A stretch of DNA of 64,000 nucleotides from Candidatus Collierbacteria bacterium UBA2277 (GCA_002347045.1 DDWV01000001.1:33553-97552); one strand, 5' to 3'; shown: positions 27,844-37,370, numbered from the stretch's first letter. The notes: generated from the letters alone by a model not told the origin. Numbers and translations: made by a program.

Positions 27844-28362
27844 ATGTATGAAGTGTCTTTACCCCTGAAAGAGCAGTTCACATATTGGGATGTAGTTCGA
27901 TCATTGCCCACAGGCTGGGTTGCTGAGCCGTCAGATGATGGAGTTTTCATCTATGACATTCAAAAGCTTGGTTCCCGTCGTCGAGTTGGCAAGGTGGAAA
28001 TTACCGACAATGAGTTAGTATTTTCTGTCGACGAAAGTACTGAAGATGGTGCCAAGTTCTGGGATGATTTTTCTTATAAATATCCAATGAACTCACCTCA
28101 AAGGGTGTGTTATGGAATTGTTTACAAAATTTCAGAGAAAATTTACCTGTTTGAGAAGACAGTAACCCAGAATTATTTGCCTGGAGTATTGGAAAATATG
28201 AGAAAGTACAAAGCAATTGATGTATATTTCGTTACTTTCTTTTTGGGGGACTTGAAAAAGGGTAAAGAACTGAAGGGTCTTTATCATCAAAGGATTGACT
28301 CTGAAGGTTCCCTGGGAGACACCTGGGGGGAGTGCGTATTTAGTTTTTCTAATCCTGGATAA
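27844..28362 (+). CDS. Hypothetical protein, paralog 1 of a pair flanking thyX
   Basis: 172 aa; shares LP.GW, FW..F..KYP, FV.FFLGD motifs and overall length with the 29439..29972 product. Terminator GAGGGC-TCTAAG-GGGCCCTC-TTTTTT follows. Confidence 0.55.
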   Translation: MYEVSLPLKEQFTYWDVVRSLPTGWVAEPSDDGVFIYDIQKLGSRRRVGKVEITDNELVFSVDESTEDGAKFWDDFSYKYPMNSPQRVCYGIVYKISEKIYLFEKTVTQNYLPGVLENMRKYKAIDVYFVTFFLGDLKKGKELKGLYHQRIDSEGSLGDTWGECVFSFSNPG

Positions 28363-28455
28363 TAGGTTTGTGATTTTTATTTTTGAGGGCTCTAAGGGGC
28401 CCTCTTTTTTGTGGTGTAAAATGACTCGGTTCGTACCTTAAAAAATGGAGGATAA

Positions 28456-29349
28456 ATGCCAGTAAATAATTTAGCTCATGATAAGAGTTTTCCATATGTG
28501 ACACCCGATGTGTTCGAAACTGATAGTGGAGTGAGGTTTTTGCAATCACCGGGGGTTGCGGTGATCAGCGTACCCGACGTTTGTCTTGAAGGAGTAGGGC
28601 AGTTTTTGAGTGGTTTTCCTGATGATCTTGGTTTTTCTGATTACCTTTTGGATCCCACTGTATTGTCGTCTTCTGAGTCTTTGTGTAAGTTTGCAGGGCA
28701 GCTTTGCTATTTATCTTTTGGTCCACAGAGAACTTACAACGAGAACGCTGATAAGTATTTTAAAAATATTAAAATGTCGAGTCATGGTTCTGTTTTGGAA
28801 CACGCGAATATTTCCATGCTTTGGTGGGGTATTAGTAGGACCTTGACACATGAACTAGTTCGTCACAGAGCAGGATACGGATTTTCCCAAGTGTCACAGA
28901 GATATGTAGGCGGGAAGACCATTCGCTTTGTAGAGAGAGTCGAGTTTCAAGATAATGATCTTCTACATCAATGGTTTCTGAGGAGAATTGAGAGGTCATA
29001 TCGGGAGTATATTGAGTTAACAGAGTACTTGGTTTCTCTCCAAAAAGAAGGGGAGAGTTCACTCTCGGCTGAGCGAAAAACTGACCTTCGAAAAAAAGTA
29101 CGCCAAGCATCACGAGCACTATTACCCAATGAAACTGAAGCTCCGATTTTGGTAACGGCAAATGTACGAGCATGGAGACATTTTTTGAATATGCGAGTGA
29201 GTGAGCATGCTGAGGTAGAGATTCGAAGAGTAGGTTACGAAGCGTATCGATGTTTGTATTCCTTGACTCCTTTGCTGTTTGATGATTTTGAAGTGGTTGA
29301 CCTTATTGATGGAACTAAGGGATTGAAAACTGAGTATCCAAAAGTGTAG
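28456..29349 (+). CDS. thyX: Flavin-dependent thymidylate synthase ThyX
   Basis: ThyX signature RHRAGYGFSQVSQRY (RHRxxxxxxSxRY); 297 aa. Confidence 0.85.
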   Translation: MPVNNLAHDKSFPYVTPDVFETDSGVRFLQSPGVAVISVPDVCLEGVGQFLSGFPDDLGFSDYLLDPTVLSSSESLCKFAGQLCYLSFGPQRTYNENADKYFKNIKMSSHGSVLEHANISMLWWGISRTLTHELVRHRAGYGFSQVSQRYVGGKTIRFVERVEFQDNDLLHQWFLRRIERSYREYIELTEYLVSLQKEGESSLSAERKTDLRKKVRQASRALLPNETEAPILVTANVRAWRHFLNMRVSEHAEVEIRRVGYEAYRCLYSLTPLLFDDFEVVDLIDGTKGLKTEYPKV

Positions 29350-29367
29350 GTTTAAGACCCCATAAGA

Positions 29368-29396
29368 TTGACTTAAGGTATATTTTCTCGTAAAAT
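29368..29396 (+). promoter_or_regulatory. Sigma70-like promoter TTGACT-N17-TAAAAT (duplicate of the 27772 module)
   Basis: GACCCCATAAGATTGACTTAAGGT block; -35 at 29368-29373, -10 at 29391-29396. Confidence 0.5.
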
Positions 29397-29438
29397 ACGT
29401 TTATTGTTGCTCATTCAAATATATGTGAGGAGGAAAGA

Positions 29439-29972
29439 ATGTATCGAGTTGAAAGAAAATTAGGAAATACCGATTTTAGGTCGGTTTTAAGAGCTTTACC
29501 AAAAGGCTGGATTATTGAGGCAGTCGGGTATATCAACTTGTTTCAAATATCCAACGAGACAACTTATGTTGGAGTAGGATTTGTGAAGATATTAGACGAG
29601 AAGACAATTTCTATCTTGGTTGACGAAACCGAACCTGATGGTAAGTTGTTTTGGCAGGCTTTTGCCAGGAAGTATCCTGAACAAAATCCATTTGATATTC
29701 GATATGCCCTGCTTTATCAGGTCGGTGGTGAGGGGGAGCTTTATGAGATTGATAAGTACCCAAGTCATTCGATTGGAGACCCTTTTAGTCAGGCTATCCA
29801 TTACAAAAATGTTACAGCATTTGTCGTTTCATTTTTGTTTGGGGACTGGGTTCCTGGGAGGTCTGTTGAGGTAATTGCCTATCAGGAGATTCTGAAAAAT
29901 GGTGATCTTGGGCCAGAACAGCCAGCAAGAGTTTTCCGGCTTGCGGGTATCGAAAACGAAAATACAATGTAG
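29439..29972 (+). CDS. Hypothetical protein, paralog 2 of the pair flanking thyX
   Basis: 177 aa; same motif set as 27844..28362. Terminator GCTCCGGCT-TTCA-GCCGGAGC-TTTTTT follows. Confidence 0.55.
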   Translation: MYRVERKLGNTDFRSVLRALPKGWIIEAVGYINLFQISNETTYVGVGFVKILDEKTISILVDETEPDGKLFWQAFARKYPEQNPFDIRYALLYQVGGEGELYEIDKYPSHSIGDPFSQAIHYKNVTAFVVSFLFGDWVPGRSVEVIAYQEILKNGDLGPEQPARVFRLAGIENENTM

Positions 29973-30091
29973 TCTATTTTGCTCCGGCTTTCAGCCGGAG
30001 CTTTTTTATAAGTGTTTAAAGAAGTATCACTACAATAGACTCTTGTAGTTTTAGGTATTGTCAGAAGCAATTTTTTGATTTATCTTAGGTA

Positions 30092-30295
30092 ATGACAGAA
30101 AAATTTGAAAGCGACTTTCACAAAAGGTATGTTGGTGGTCAAGGTGACGTGGAAGAAAAAGAGACGTTTGTGTTTCCTGCAAAAAATGTTGAGAAAATTC
30201 CATATGATGAGATTTTGGCCGAGTATCGAAAATATGTGGGAGACTCAGATGCAGAATTACCCGGTGAGTTGTTATTGTTTAGCATGTTTAGCTAG
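30092..30295 (+). CDS. Small acidic hypothetical protein
   Basis: 67-aa ORF; its stop abuts the tmk start (TAGATGG). Confidence 0.3.
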   Translation: MTEKFESDFHKRYVGGQGDVEEKETFVFPAKNVEKIPYDEILAEYRKYVGDSDAELPGELLLFSMFS

Positions 30296-30925
30296 ATGGT
30301 AGAAAAAAGAAAACCATTTGTTGTGGCTGAGGGTGGAAGTGGTGCTGGGAAAACAACAGCAATTGAAGGAATCAAGAAGGAATTGTCTGACTGGAAGTTT
30401 TTTAGAGAGCCTGGTGGCTCAGAGTTTGGAGAAGCGATGAGGGAAGCTGTCCAACAACATAAGGATTGGGAGATTGACCCCCTGGCCTCAGTATTGGCTT
30501 ACAGCGCTTCAAGGGCAAATTTGATTAATACACAAGTTGTTCCTGTGCTTGAAGGTTATGTTCCTGCCAATGGTGTGTTTTTGGATAGGTATTGGTTTTC
30601 AACGTATGCCTATCAGGGTGGTGGAGAGGGTGTCGATAGGGAAATAATATTGGCAGTAAGTAAGATGGCTACAAGGGGGCTGTTGCCGGACCTAGTACTG
30701 CATTATGATTTGGTTCCGGAGCTTGCTGTGGCTCGAAAATCTAAATGTAGTGATATAGACAGGTATGACATGAAAGAGTTGGAGTTTCATCGCAAGGCTA
30801 GAGATGGGTATTTGGAGTTGTCGGTGATGTTTCCTGATTTTTGGAGAGTAATTGATTCATCACAGAGTAAAGAAAAAGTTTTGCTCGATTCATTGATGAC
30901 ATTGAGAGAGTTTGGTATGGTTTAA
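30296..30925 (+). CDS. tmk: Thymidylate kinase-like (dTMP kinase)
   Basis: P-loop VAEGGSGAGKTT followed by FREPGG; length ~209 aa; position next to thyX. Confidence 0.65.
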   Translation: MVEKRKPFVVAEGGSGAGKTTAIEGIKKELSDWKFFREPGGSEFGEAMREAVQQHKDWEIDPLASVLAYSASRANLINTQVVPVLEGYVPANGVFLDRYWFSTYAYQGGGEGVDREIILAVSKMATRGLLPDLVLHYDLVPELAVARKSKCSDIDRYDMKELEFHRKARDGYLELSVMFPDFWRVIDSSQSKEKVLLDSLMTLREFGMV

Positions 30926-31118
30926 GATTTTTAAATGCCTTTTGACTTGCCTATAGGCTAGGTATACCAATACATAGCGTTAGATAATTGGTCTCTTTAC
31001 AATCAAAAGAGGAGAGCTTTGTATATGAAAGTTGAAGATTGTGCACCTTGTAATTCCAGGGGCTTTTTTGTACCTTGAGGTATAAAAAACCGCCCCATAT
31101 AGGGGCGGTGTTGGTTGG

Positions 31119-32162
31119 TTACTGAAGTGGTTCAATCAGCTTGATCGATGAGCCTGACAGTGTCAGGTTCCATTCACTTCCGTTCTTGTACATTGGGAAC
31201 TCTGTAGTGCAGTCCGGAAAATATGAGTAAATTCGCTTATCCGTAAGAAACTCCGTTTTGCAATGAATTTCTTGATTACCGCTTTGTCTCAGGGTTTCAG
31301 TTTCTGTTACGGCAGGACAAACAATATTATTGTCAACCCCTGTTGACTCCAGAGGATTAATTGAAACCCATTCCCAAATGTTGTACTTGTACATGGTTTG
31401 GTAATTGGGTACAGGGAGGAAAATTTTCTCGTCCTCGCAATGTTCAACCCAGTCCCAATCATCAATAGGTACTATGTCTGTCGTTGGAACGCATGTCGTT
31501 ACATCTTTGTAATTATCGATGACATCGCAAGTTCCGTCATCGTAACAGAACGTATTTGTATCAACGTACACTGACTCTGTATTGCAATCCTCACCCTTTA
31601 CAATCTCGTTATGTGACCCGACCACTTCCCAATTTTTATCGCAGATAGTATCTGTACGTAAGTAGACTTGGTCATAGTGATGAATTTCTTGACTTTCAGA
31701 AATATAATCACCATCTGGAGGAATACTCCAGTCACTGTGAAGATTGTATTGGTACTCAGACATGGGTACCTTACACGACCAACTGCTGGCAGATACCCTT
31801 CCTACCATTTCGCGAGGGGAGAAGATCCATATTAGTCCAAACACTATTACCAGTAGCGCCAGTGAGGCTCCCACGATACCAACCCAGTTTAAGCTTTTGG
31901 TTTTTGGACCGTAGCCTGGGAGGTAATAATCTCGTGAATCTTGTGTTTGATAAGATGGCCTGGAAGCGAAGCTTTCTTTTGTGGTGGTTTCTGCACTGTT
32001 TTTCAGGACGGTTTCTGATCCACAACTTGAACAAATCAAATCGTTTGTTTCGATTGAACAGTTCAAACACAATCGATTTGTTTTCCCGACATTTTGATGG
32101 CCCCACCACAGTTGGGGCATATCTTGGACTTGGGTGCGATTTTTGCATTGCAAAAAGGGCAC
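31119..32162 (-). CDS. C-terminal (frame-shifted) part of a multi-zinc-ribbon membrane protein: third Zn ribbon, TM helix, Cys-rich extracytoplasmic domain
   Basis: This frame begins with GTG and has no obvious RBS. CLNCS...CSSCGSE ribbon, TM (WVGIVGASLALLVIVFGLIWIF), then 15+ Cys in the ectodomain. Continuous with 32063..32452 after a -1 shift at 32081-32087. Confidence 0.55.
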   Translation of the reverse strand: MPFLQCKNRTQVQDMPQLWWGHQNVGKTNRLCLNCSIETNDLICSSCGSETVLKNSAETTTKESFASRPSYQTQDSRDYYLPGYGPKTKSLNWVGIVGASLALLVIVFGLIWIFSPREMVGRVSASSWSCKVPMSEYQYNLHSDWSIPPDGDYISESQEIHHYDQVYLRTDTICDKNWEVVGSHNEIVKGEDCNTESVYVDTNTFCYDDGTCDVIDNYKDVTTCVPTTDIVPIDDWDWVEHCEDEKIFLPVPNYQTMYKYNIWEWVSINPLESTGVDNNIVCPAVTETETLRQSGNQEIHCKTEFLTDKRIYSYFPDCTTEFPMYKNGSEWNLTLSGSSIKLIEPLQ

Positions 32163-32452
32163 TCTTCATCGGATCCGTGATCCAAATCAACCCCACGTGC
32201 TTTCATGTCCTTTTCAGTGAGAAATGGTCGGCTGTCGGCTGGTGTGACGTAGGTTTCTGTGGAGTCCTTTGGATTTCCACACATTGGGCAAAGTTTAGTA
32301 CTGCCATTTATGTGGTCATGACCACAACTATTGCATGTCCAGTCGGCATCAACTGTACCGACATAGACTGTTCGTGTGCCCGCTGGCTTTGTCATCCCAG
32401 CTTTTTTTGGATTCACGGACTTAGTACTCGATACGAGCTTTCTTTCTGCCAC
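32063..32452 (-). CDS. N-terminal part: tandem C4 zinc-ribbon protein (129 aa) ending just after a -1 slippery site
   Basis: Cys pairs CNSCGH/CPMCGN and CPFCNA/CPNCGG form two Zn ribbons. The stop lies 16 nt after heptamer G_GGA_AAA. Confidence 0.6.
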   Translation of the reverse strand: MAERKLVSSTKSVNPKKAGMTKPAGTRTVYVGTVDADWTCNSCGHDHINGSTKLCPMCGNPKDSTETYVTPADSRPFLTEKDMKARGVDLDHGSDEECPFCNAKIAPKSKICPNCGGAIKMSGKQIDCV

Positions 32453-32591
32453 GGTAACTCCTTTATTGTTTTCTAGGTGTTAAGGTTCAATTTCGATGGA
32501 TAATGATAGCACATTTAGGCTCAAATGTCAAGGTTATAGGGTGTAAATCACTGTTGATGAATGTTTTCTATAAGTAGGATAAAATTAGTGT

Positions 32592-33806
32592 ATGAAAGAT
32601 ATGATCGGACAGTTAATTGAAAAAGAGTCGAAACGACAGTCTGATACTTTGAGTTTAATCCCATCTGAAAACTATGCCTCTTGTGACGTGCGTGAAGCAA
32701 TAGGCTCTGTATTGGCAAATAAATATGCTGAAGGATATCCAGGAAGAAGGTATTACCAAGGAAACGATGTGGTGGATGAAGTGGAGAACTTGGCTATTGA
32801 GAGAGGTAAAAAGCTTTTTAAACTAGAACACATTAATGTGCAGCCTTACTCTGGAAGCCCAGCTAACTTGGCTGTGTTACTTGCATTGGTGTCTCCAGGA
32901 GACATCATTTGTGGAATGGAACTTTCAGCGGGAGGCCATCTGACGCATGGACACAAAGTTAGTGTTACAGGGAAGTGGTTTCGAAGTGTGCAGTATGGAG
33001 TAGACAGTACAGGAAAAATTGATTATGAGGCTCTGTCTAAGCTAGTAACTACCGAGAAACCAAAAGTAATCATTGCAGGGACTACTGCATATCCATGGAG
33101 TATTAATTGGAAAATGTTTGCTGAGATAGCTGAGAGTGTTGATGCTTATCTTGTAGCTGATATCAGTCATATCGCAGGACTAATTGCAGGTGGTGCAATG
33201 GAAAGTCCTGTTGACTATGTTCATTTGATAACAAGCACGACTCACAAGGCGCTAAGAGGGCCTAGGGGGGCTTTTATAGGGGTGACAAATAATGGACTTG
33301 AGAAAGATGACTCTTTGTCGGGAAAGATTGATAAGGCTGTGTTCCCAGGGTTGCAGGGTGGTCCTCATATGAACGCTATCGCAGGTATGGCGGTCGCTTT
33401 TGAAGAGGCGAGTCAGGTTGAGTTTGGATCGTACTGTGTAAAAGTGTTGAAAAACGCTAAAATTTTGGCTAGTGAGTTGAGTGCTAGGGGGGTGAAGGTG
33501 TTTGGAACTGAGAATCATCTTATGCTTTTGGACGTTGGGCTACAAAAAGGAAAAGAAGTGGCTATAGCTTTAGAAAAGGCGGGAATTGTGGTAAATGCTA
33601 ATACTGTACCGGGTGAAAAGGGCAGTCCAGTGAACCCGTCTGGTATACGGATAGGCACTCCAGCTGTTACGACAAGAGGTATGGGTGAAAATGAGATGAA
33701 AATTGTGGCAGAATTGATTTACAGAGTAATTTCCGGAAACAATCCTGAAGAGGTAAAAATCGATGTTATTAAATTGTGTAGGAAGTTTCCTTGCCTTGAG
33801 ATATAG
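32592..33806 (+). CDS. glyA: Serine hydroxymethyltransferase
   Basis: PLP-site region TTHKALRGPRG, SGSPANLAV, overall SHMT architecture; 404 aa. Confidence 0.9.
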   Translation: MKDMIGQLIEKESKRQSDTLSLIPSENYASCDVREAIGSVLANKYAEGYPGRRYYQGNDVVDEVENLAIERGKKLFKLEHINVQPYSGSPANLAVLLALVSPGDIICGMELSAGGHLTHGHKVSVTGKWFRSVQYGVDSTGKIDYEALSKLVTTEKPKVIIAGTTAYPWSINWKMFAEIAESVDAYLVADISHIAGLIAGGAMESPVDYVHLITSTTHKALRGPRGAFIGVTNNGLEKDDSLSGKIDKAVFPGLQGGPHMNAIAGMAVAFEEASQVEFGSYCVKVLKNAKILASELSARGVKVFGTENHLMLLDVGLQKGKEVAIALEKAGIVVNANTVPGEKGSPVNPSGIRIGTPAVTTRGMGENEMKIVAELIYRVISGNNPEEVKIDVIKLCRKFPCLEI

Positions 33807-34978
33807 TGGTATTTAGATATATGGATAACGAAAAATCGACAAAGAGGGGTTTACCGGCGTCAAGTATTGTGGCAATTGTGTTTTTGGTTTTGATAATGTA
33901 CTTTTTTGTAACAGGTGGGCTGTATAAATTTTACGCAAGTGCCTTGTTTCTTTTTTATTCTTTCACTCAAAATATATGGGTTTCTGTTGTGCTTTTGGGT
34001 GTGTTTCAAACTATTTTATTGGTGCCTTTTCGTATTATTAGATTACTTGATTTCAAAAATATTCGTGATTTTCAGGCAGAAACTTTGGATACAAGAGTAT
34101 CTTTTGAACAAGAGTCTTATCTGAAACGTCAGTTTAGACAAGGAAACTGGACGTTTACTTTTTACATGCTTGATTTTGTGGTTCAACTTTCGACATATAT
34201 GACAATTGGAAGGCTGTTTTTGACTAACTTTTATACTAAAGCCTTGGACCCTAAAGTTTTATTTTCTTTTGTTAAGTATCCAGAGTATCCAATCTTAGAG
34301 AGATTTTTTAAGATCCCATATCCTCATATAACAAAAACAATTGATCTTGGTTTTGAATCTGTTTTATATTTTTGGTTGATAATTATTGTTGTTGAGATAC
34401 TGATTTCAATTTTTATTTCAGCTAGAAATGCCAAAAACACTCGAGAGGGTTCTAGCTCTTCCGATAGAGCAAGGGTTCGCCTTTCTAGTAAATATCTGGT
34501 TTCGTATGGGGTGATAATGATGGTAGTTTCGTATTTTTTGATGCGCAACTTTCCTGTAGGTATAAGACTAAGTATCTTTTCTGGGGATGTTGCTTTTCAG
34601 AATAGTATATTTAATACAGTTACGGCGATAGCTACGTTTATAACCTTGATGTGGTTTGGTGTAAACGATATTATTCGAAAAGGAAAAATTGCCAGAGAGA
34701 TGGGTATTTCTCAGGGTTTGATTGACTCAACTCAGACAAAGATGTTTAAAGAGTCTTTTTCTAGAGCGGTATTAATTGGTTTGGGTGCATATTTTATTAC
34801 CAATCAGATCCCTTGTGCCTTTGAGCTTTCAATATTTACCTTGGAGGTTATTTCTTTGTTTTCACCTCTTACTTTGGATAAATGGATTTTAAAAGCCGCA
34901 CCAAAGAAGGAGGATTTGGTCGTTGATCGAAAGAGTCGGGAGGAGCTTGAGGTACTAGAAAGTTTTCAGGTAAAATAG
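33806..34978 (+). CDS. Polytopic membrane protein, hypothetical
   Basis: 390 aa with >8 hydrophobic helices; no recognisable motif. Confidence 0.5.
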   Translation: MVFRYMDNEKSTKRGLPASSIVAIVFLVLIMYFFVTGGLYKFYASALFLFYSFTQNIWVSVVLLGVFQTILLVPFRIIRLLDFKNIRDFQAETLDTRVSFEQESYLKRQFRQGNWTFTFYMLDFVVQLSTYMTIGRLFLTNFYTKALDPKVLFSFVKYPEYPILERFFKIPYPHITKTIDLGFESVLYFWLIIIVVEILISIFISARNAKNTREGSSSSDRARVRLSSKYLVSYGVIMMVVSYFLMRNFPVGIRLSIFSGDVAFQNSIFNTVTAIATFITLMWFGVNDIIRKGKIAREMGISQGLIDSTQTKMFKESFSRAVLIGLGAYFITNQIPCAFELSIFTLEVISLFSPLTLDKWILKAAPKKEDLVVDRKSREELEVLESFQVK

Positions 34979-34982
34979 AGAG

Positions 34983-35735
34983 ATGAAGACATTTCTAAAT
35001 GGTAAGAAGGAATCAGAAAAAATTGCTATGTTTTTGGAGGAGTCAGAAAGACTTTTGGGGAAAAGCTTAATTATCATTCAGTGCGATGGCCATGTCGAAG
35101 AGAGTATGTATGTCAGATTAAAGAGAGAAATGGGTGAAAGGCTTGGGGTAATGGTAAGTGTTTTGTTTGCAAAAAATATCGATGAGGTTGAGGAGTTTGT
35201 TAGTGACGCCAATGGTGATGATACAGTTGATGGGATATTGGTTCAGTTGCCGATTCTGGGAGCTGACATCGATAAAATAGATCAAATTTTGTGTTCGATT
35301 AATCCAGCTAAGGATATTGACGGATTAAACCCGAAATCTAGGTTCATTCCGGCGGTAGTTAGGGCGGTTGAAAGAGCAATGGAGATTTTTAAAATAAGTA
35401 AAACTGAGAGAGTTGTGGTGGTGGGTTCGTTGGGAGAGGTTGGAAAACGGTTAGTAAAGAGATTGATTTCTTTAGGGTTTGACGTGACGGGTTTTGATAA
35501 GGGAGACAATCTGCATGAGCTGAAGAAGTTTGATGTCGTTATAGGAGCTACTGGAGTCGATGGACTTGTCAAAGGCAACTTTGTGTCAGATGGTGTTACT
35601 GCTATTGACTTGGGTTATCCAAAAGGGGATTTTTCTCCCGAGGCTTTAGAAAAAGCAGAGAAGATTACACCAGTACCAAACGGGGTAGGTCCTTTGACAA
35701 TTGTGTCGTTATTTGAAAGCTTGGCTGAAGTATAG
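34983..35735 (+). CDS. folD: Methylenetetrahydrofolate dehydrogenase/cyclohydrolase FolD-like
   Basis: GILVQLPI, PAKDIDG, VVVVGSLGEVGKRL, TPVPNGVGPLTIV match FolD motifs; follows glyA (one-carbon module). Confidence 0.7.
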   Translation: MKTFLNGKKESEKIAMFLEESERLLGKSLIIIQCDGHVEESMYVRLKREMGERLGVMVSVLFAKNIDEVEEFVSDANGDDTVDGILVQLPILGADIDKIDQILCSINPAKDIDGLNPKSRFIPAVVRAVERAMEIFKISKTERVVVVGSLGEVGKRLVKRLISLGFDVTGFDKGDNLHELKKFDVVIGATGVDGLVKGNFVSDGVTAIDLGYPKGDFSPEALEKAEKITPVPNGVGPLTIVSLFESLAEV

Positions 35736-35767
35736 ATTTTTGTGGTAAAATAAGCAGGTTAAATTAT

Positions 35768-35874
35768 ATGAGTTTGCTCGTCTTCTCTTCAATATATTCA
35801 TTATTGAAGTATCCAGACGGCACTTTCTCTTATAATCTAATCGCTCATAACTATGTTATGGTGCTTGATTATAA
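35768..35874 (+). repeat. Dispersed structured intergenic repeat, copy D (type 2, degenerate 5' end)
   Basis: GAGTTTGCTCG; hairpin CTTCAATA-TATTCAT-TATTGAAG; ...CTCTTATAATCTAATCGCTCATAACTATGTTATGGTGCTTGATTAT. Lies upstream of rpsB. Confidence 0.7.
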
Positions 35875-35931
35875 AATTGTCCCGGCACGAATCTCTGCAA
35901 AGTGCCTGTGGATTAAACGAGATGAATAAAT

Positions 35932-36858
35932 ATGGCTACTAAAAAAGCTACAGAAAAAAAGGTTATTGTTTCCGCTTCTACAAAGAGCGAATTGAGTACA
36001 AAAAAAGATGTCGTTAAGAAGGTGTCGTCTGCTAAGAGTAAGTTAGTTGCTAAAGAAATTGATAAGGTTGAAATAACGCTAGATGCAGTAGAGACAAAAG
36101 AAACCCCCGTTAAGGTTAATGAAGAGGTTAAAGTCGCTAAAAAATCAGGAGAAAAAATCACTGCAGAAGAACTATTTGAGGCTGGTGCACATTTTGGACA
36201 TGTGGTCAAAAAATGGAATCCAAAAATGAGAAAATTCCTCTGGGGAGAAAAGAATGGTATTCATATATTTGATCTTGAAAAAACTCTATTGGGATTAGAA
36301 GAAGCTTGTAAAGTCTTGTCGCAAGCAGCCGAAGATGGAAAGAGAATTGTAATGGTCGGTACAAAGCGTCAGGCAAAACAGATGCTCGAGGCAGAAGCTA
36401 AGAGAGTTGGAGTTTCTTACATTACTCAGCGCTGGATGGGTGGTTTAATCACAAATTGGAAACAAGTAAAGCAGACCATGGATAGATTGAACTCTTTAAA
36501 ACTTAAGCGAGATCAGGGTGACCTAAAGAAGTTTACCAAAAAAGAACAGGTACTGATCGACAAAGAGATTGTTCGTTTGGAAAGAATTGTTGGTGGTATT
36601 GCTACTTTGAAAAATGCTCCTGAACTTATCGTGGCAATAGACACCCACAAAGAAAAACTGGCTGTAAAAGAGTCTAATAATCGTAAGGTTCCGGTGATTG
36701 GATTGGTCGATTCAAATGCAAATCCAGATGTGGTTGACTATCCTATTCCTATGAATGATGACTCTGCAAAAGCACTTCAGATTGTGATTTCTGCCTTTGG
36801 TAGCGCTATTGAATCAGGTATGAAGAAGAAAAAAGACACGGTTGTTGCTTCGAAGTAA
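35932..36858 (+). CDS. rpsB: 30S ribosomal protein S2 with Lys-rich N-terminal extension
   Basis: GAHFGHVVKKWNPKMRKFLWGEKNGIHIFDLEKT core; 308 aa with ~70-aa K/E-rich leader. Confidence 0.85.
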   Translation: MATKKATEKKVIVSASTKSELSTKKDVVKKVSSAKSKLVAKEIDKVEITLDAVETKETPVKVNEEVKVAKKSGEKITAEELFEAGAHFGHVVKKWNPKMRKFLWGEKNGIHIFDLEKTLLGLEEACKVLSQAAEDGKRIVMVGTKRQAKQMLEAEAKRVGVSYITQRWMGGLITNWKQVKQTMDRLNSLKLKRDQGDLKKFTKKEQVLIDKEIVRLERIVGGIATLKNAPELIVAIDTHKEKLAVKESNNRKVPVIGLVDSNANPDVVDYPIPMNDDSAKALQIVISAFGSAIESGMKKKKDTVVASK

Positions 36859-36897
36859 AAGTGTCTTTTCTTAGAGTTATAAATTAATATATTTGAA

Positions 36898-37350
36898 ATG
36901 TTAGAAAAAATTAAAGAGTTAAGGCAGAAAACTGGGGCAGGGGTGATGGATGCTAAAAAAGCCTTGGAAGAGTCAAAGGGTAATGTTGAAAAAGCGATTG
37001 AGCTTATCAAAGCAAAAGGTCTTGCAAAAGCTGAAAGTAAGTCTGATCGTGAAGTGAACAGTGGTAAGGTGTACTGTTACACTCACGCAGGTGGATCAGC
37101 AGCTGCCATGGTTGAGGTCGCTTGCGAAACAGATTTTGTAGCAAAAAATGAAGAGTTTGAGGCTCTTTGTAAGGAAGTTGCCATGCAGATAGTTTCTATG
37201 AATCCAAAAGATGTTGAAGAGCTTATGTCTCAGGCGTATATTCGTGATTCTTCGAAGACGATTGAACAGTTGGTAAAAGAGTTGGTTGGTAAGACAGGAG
37301 AAAATATTCGTGTAATTCGTTTTGCTAGGTACAAATTGGGCGTAGAATAA
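36898..37350 (+). CDS. tsf: Elongation factor Ts (short form, 150 aa)
   Basis: LRQKTGAGVMDAKKALEESKGNVEKAIELIKAKG UBA-like N-terminus plus one dimerisation subdomain. Confidence 0.8.
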   Translation: MLEKIKELRQKTGAGVMDAKKALEESKGNVEKAIELIKAKGLAKAESKSDREVNSGKVYCYTHAGGSAAAMVEVACETDFVAKNEEFEALCKEVAMQIVSMNPKDVEELMSQAYIRDSSKTIEQLVKELVGKTGENIRVIRFARYKLGVE

Positions 37351-37370
37351 AATTATTTGTGGGATATATA

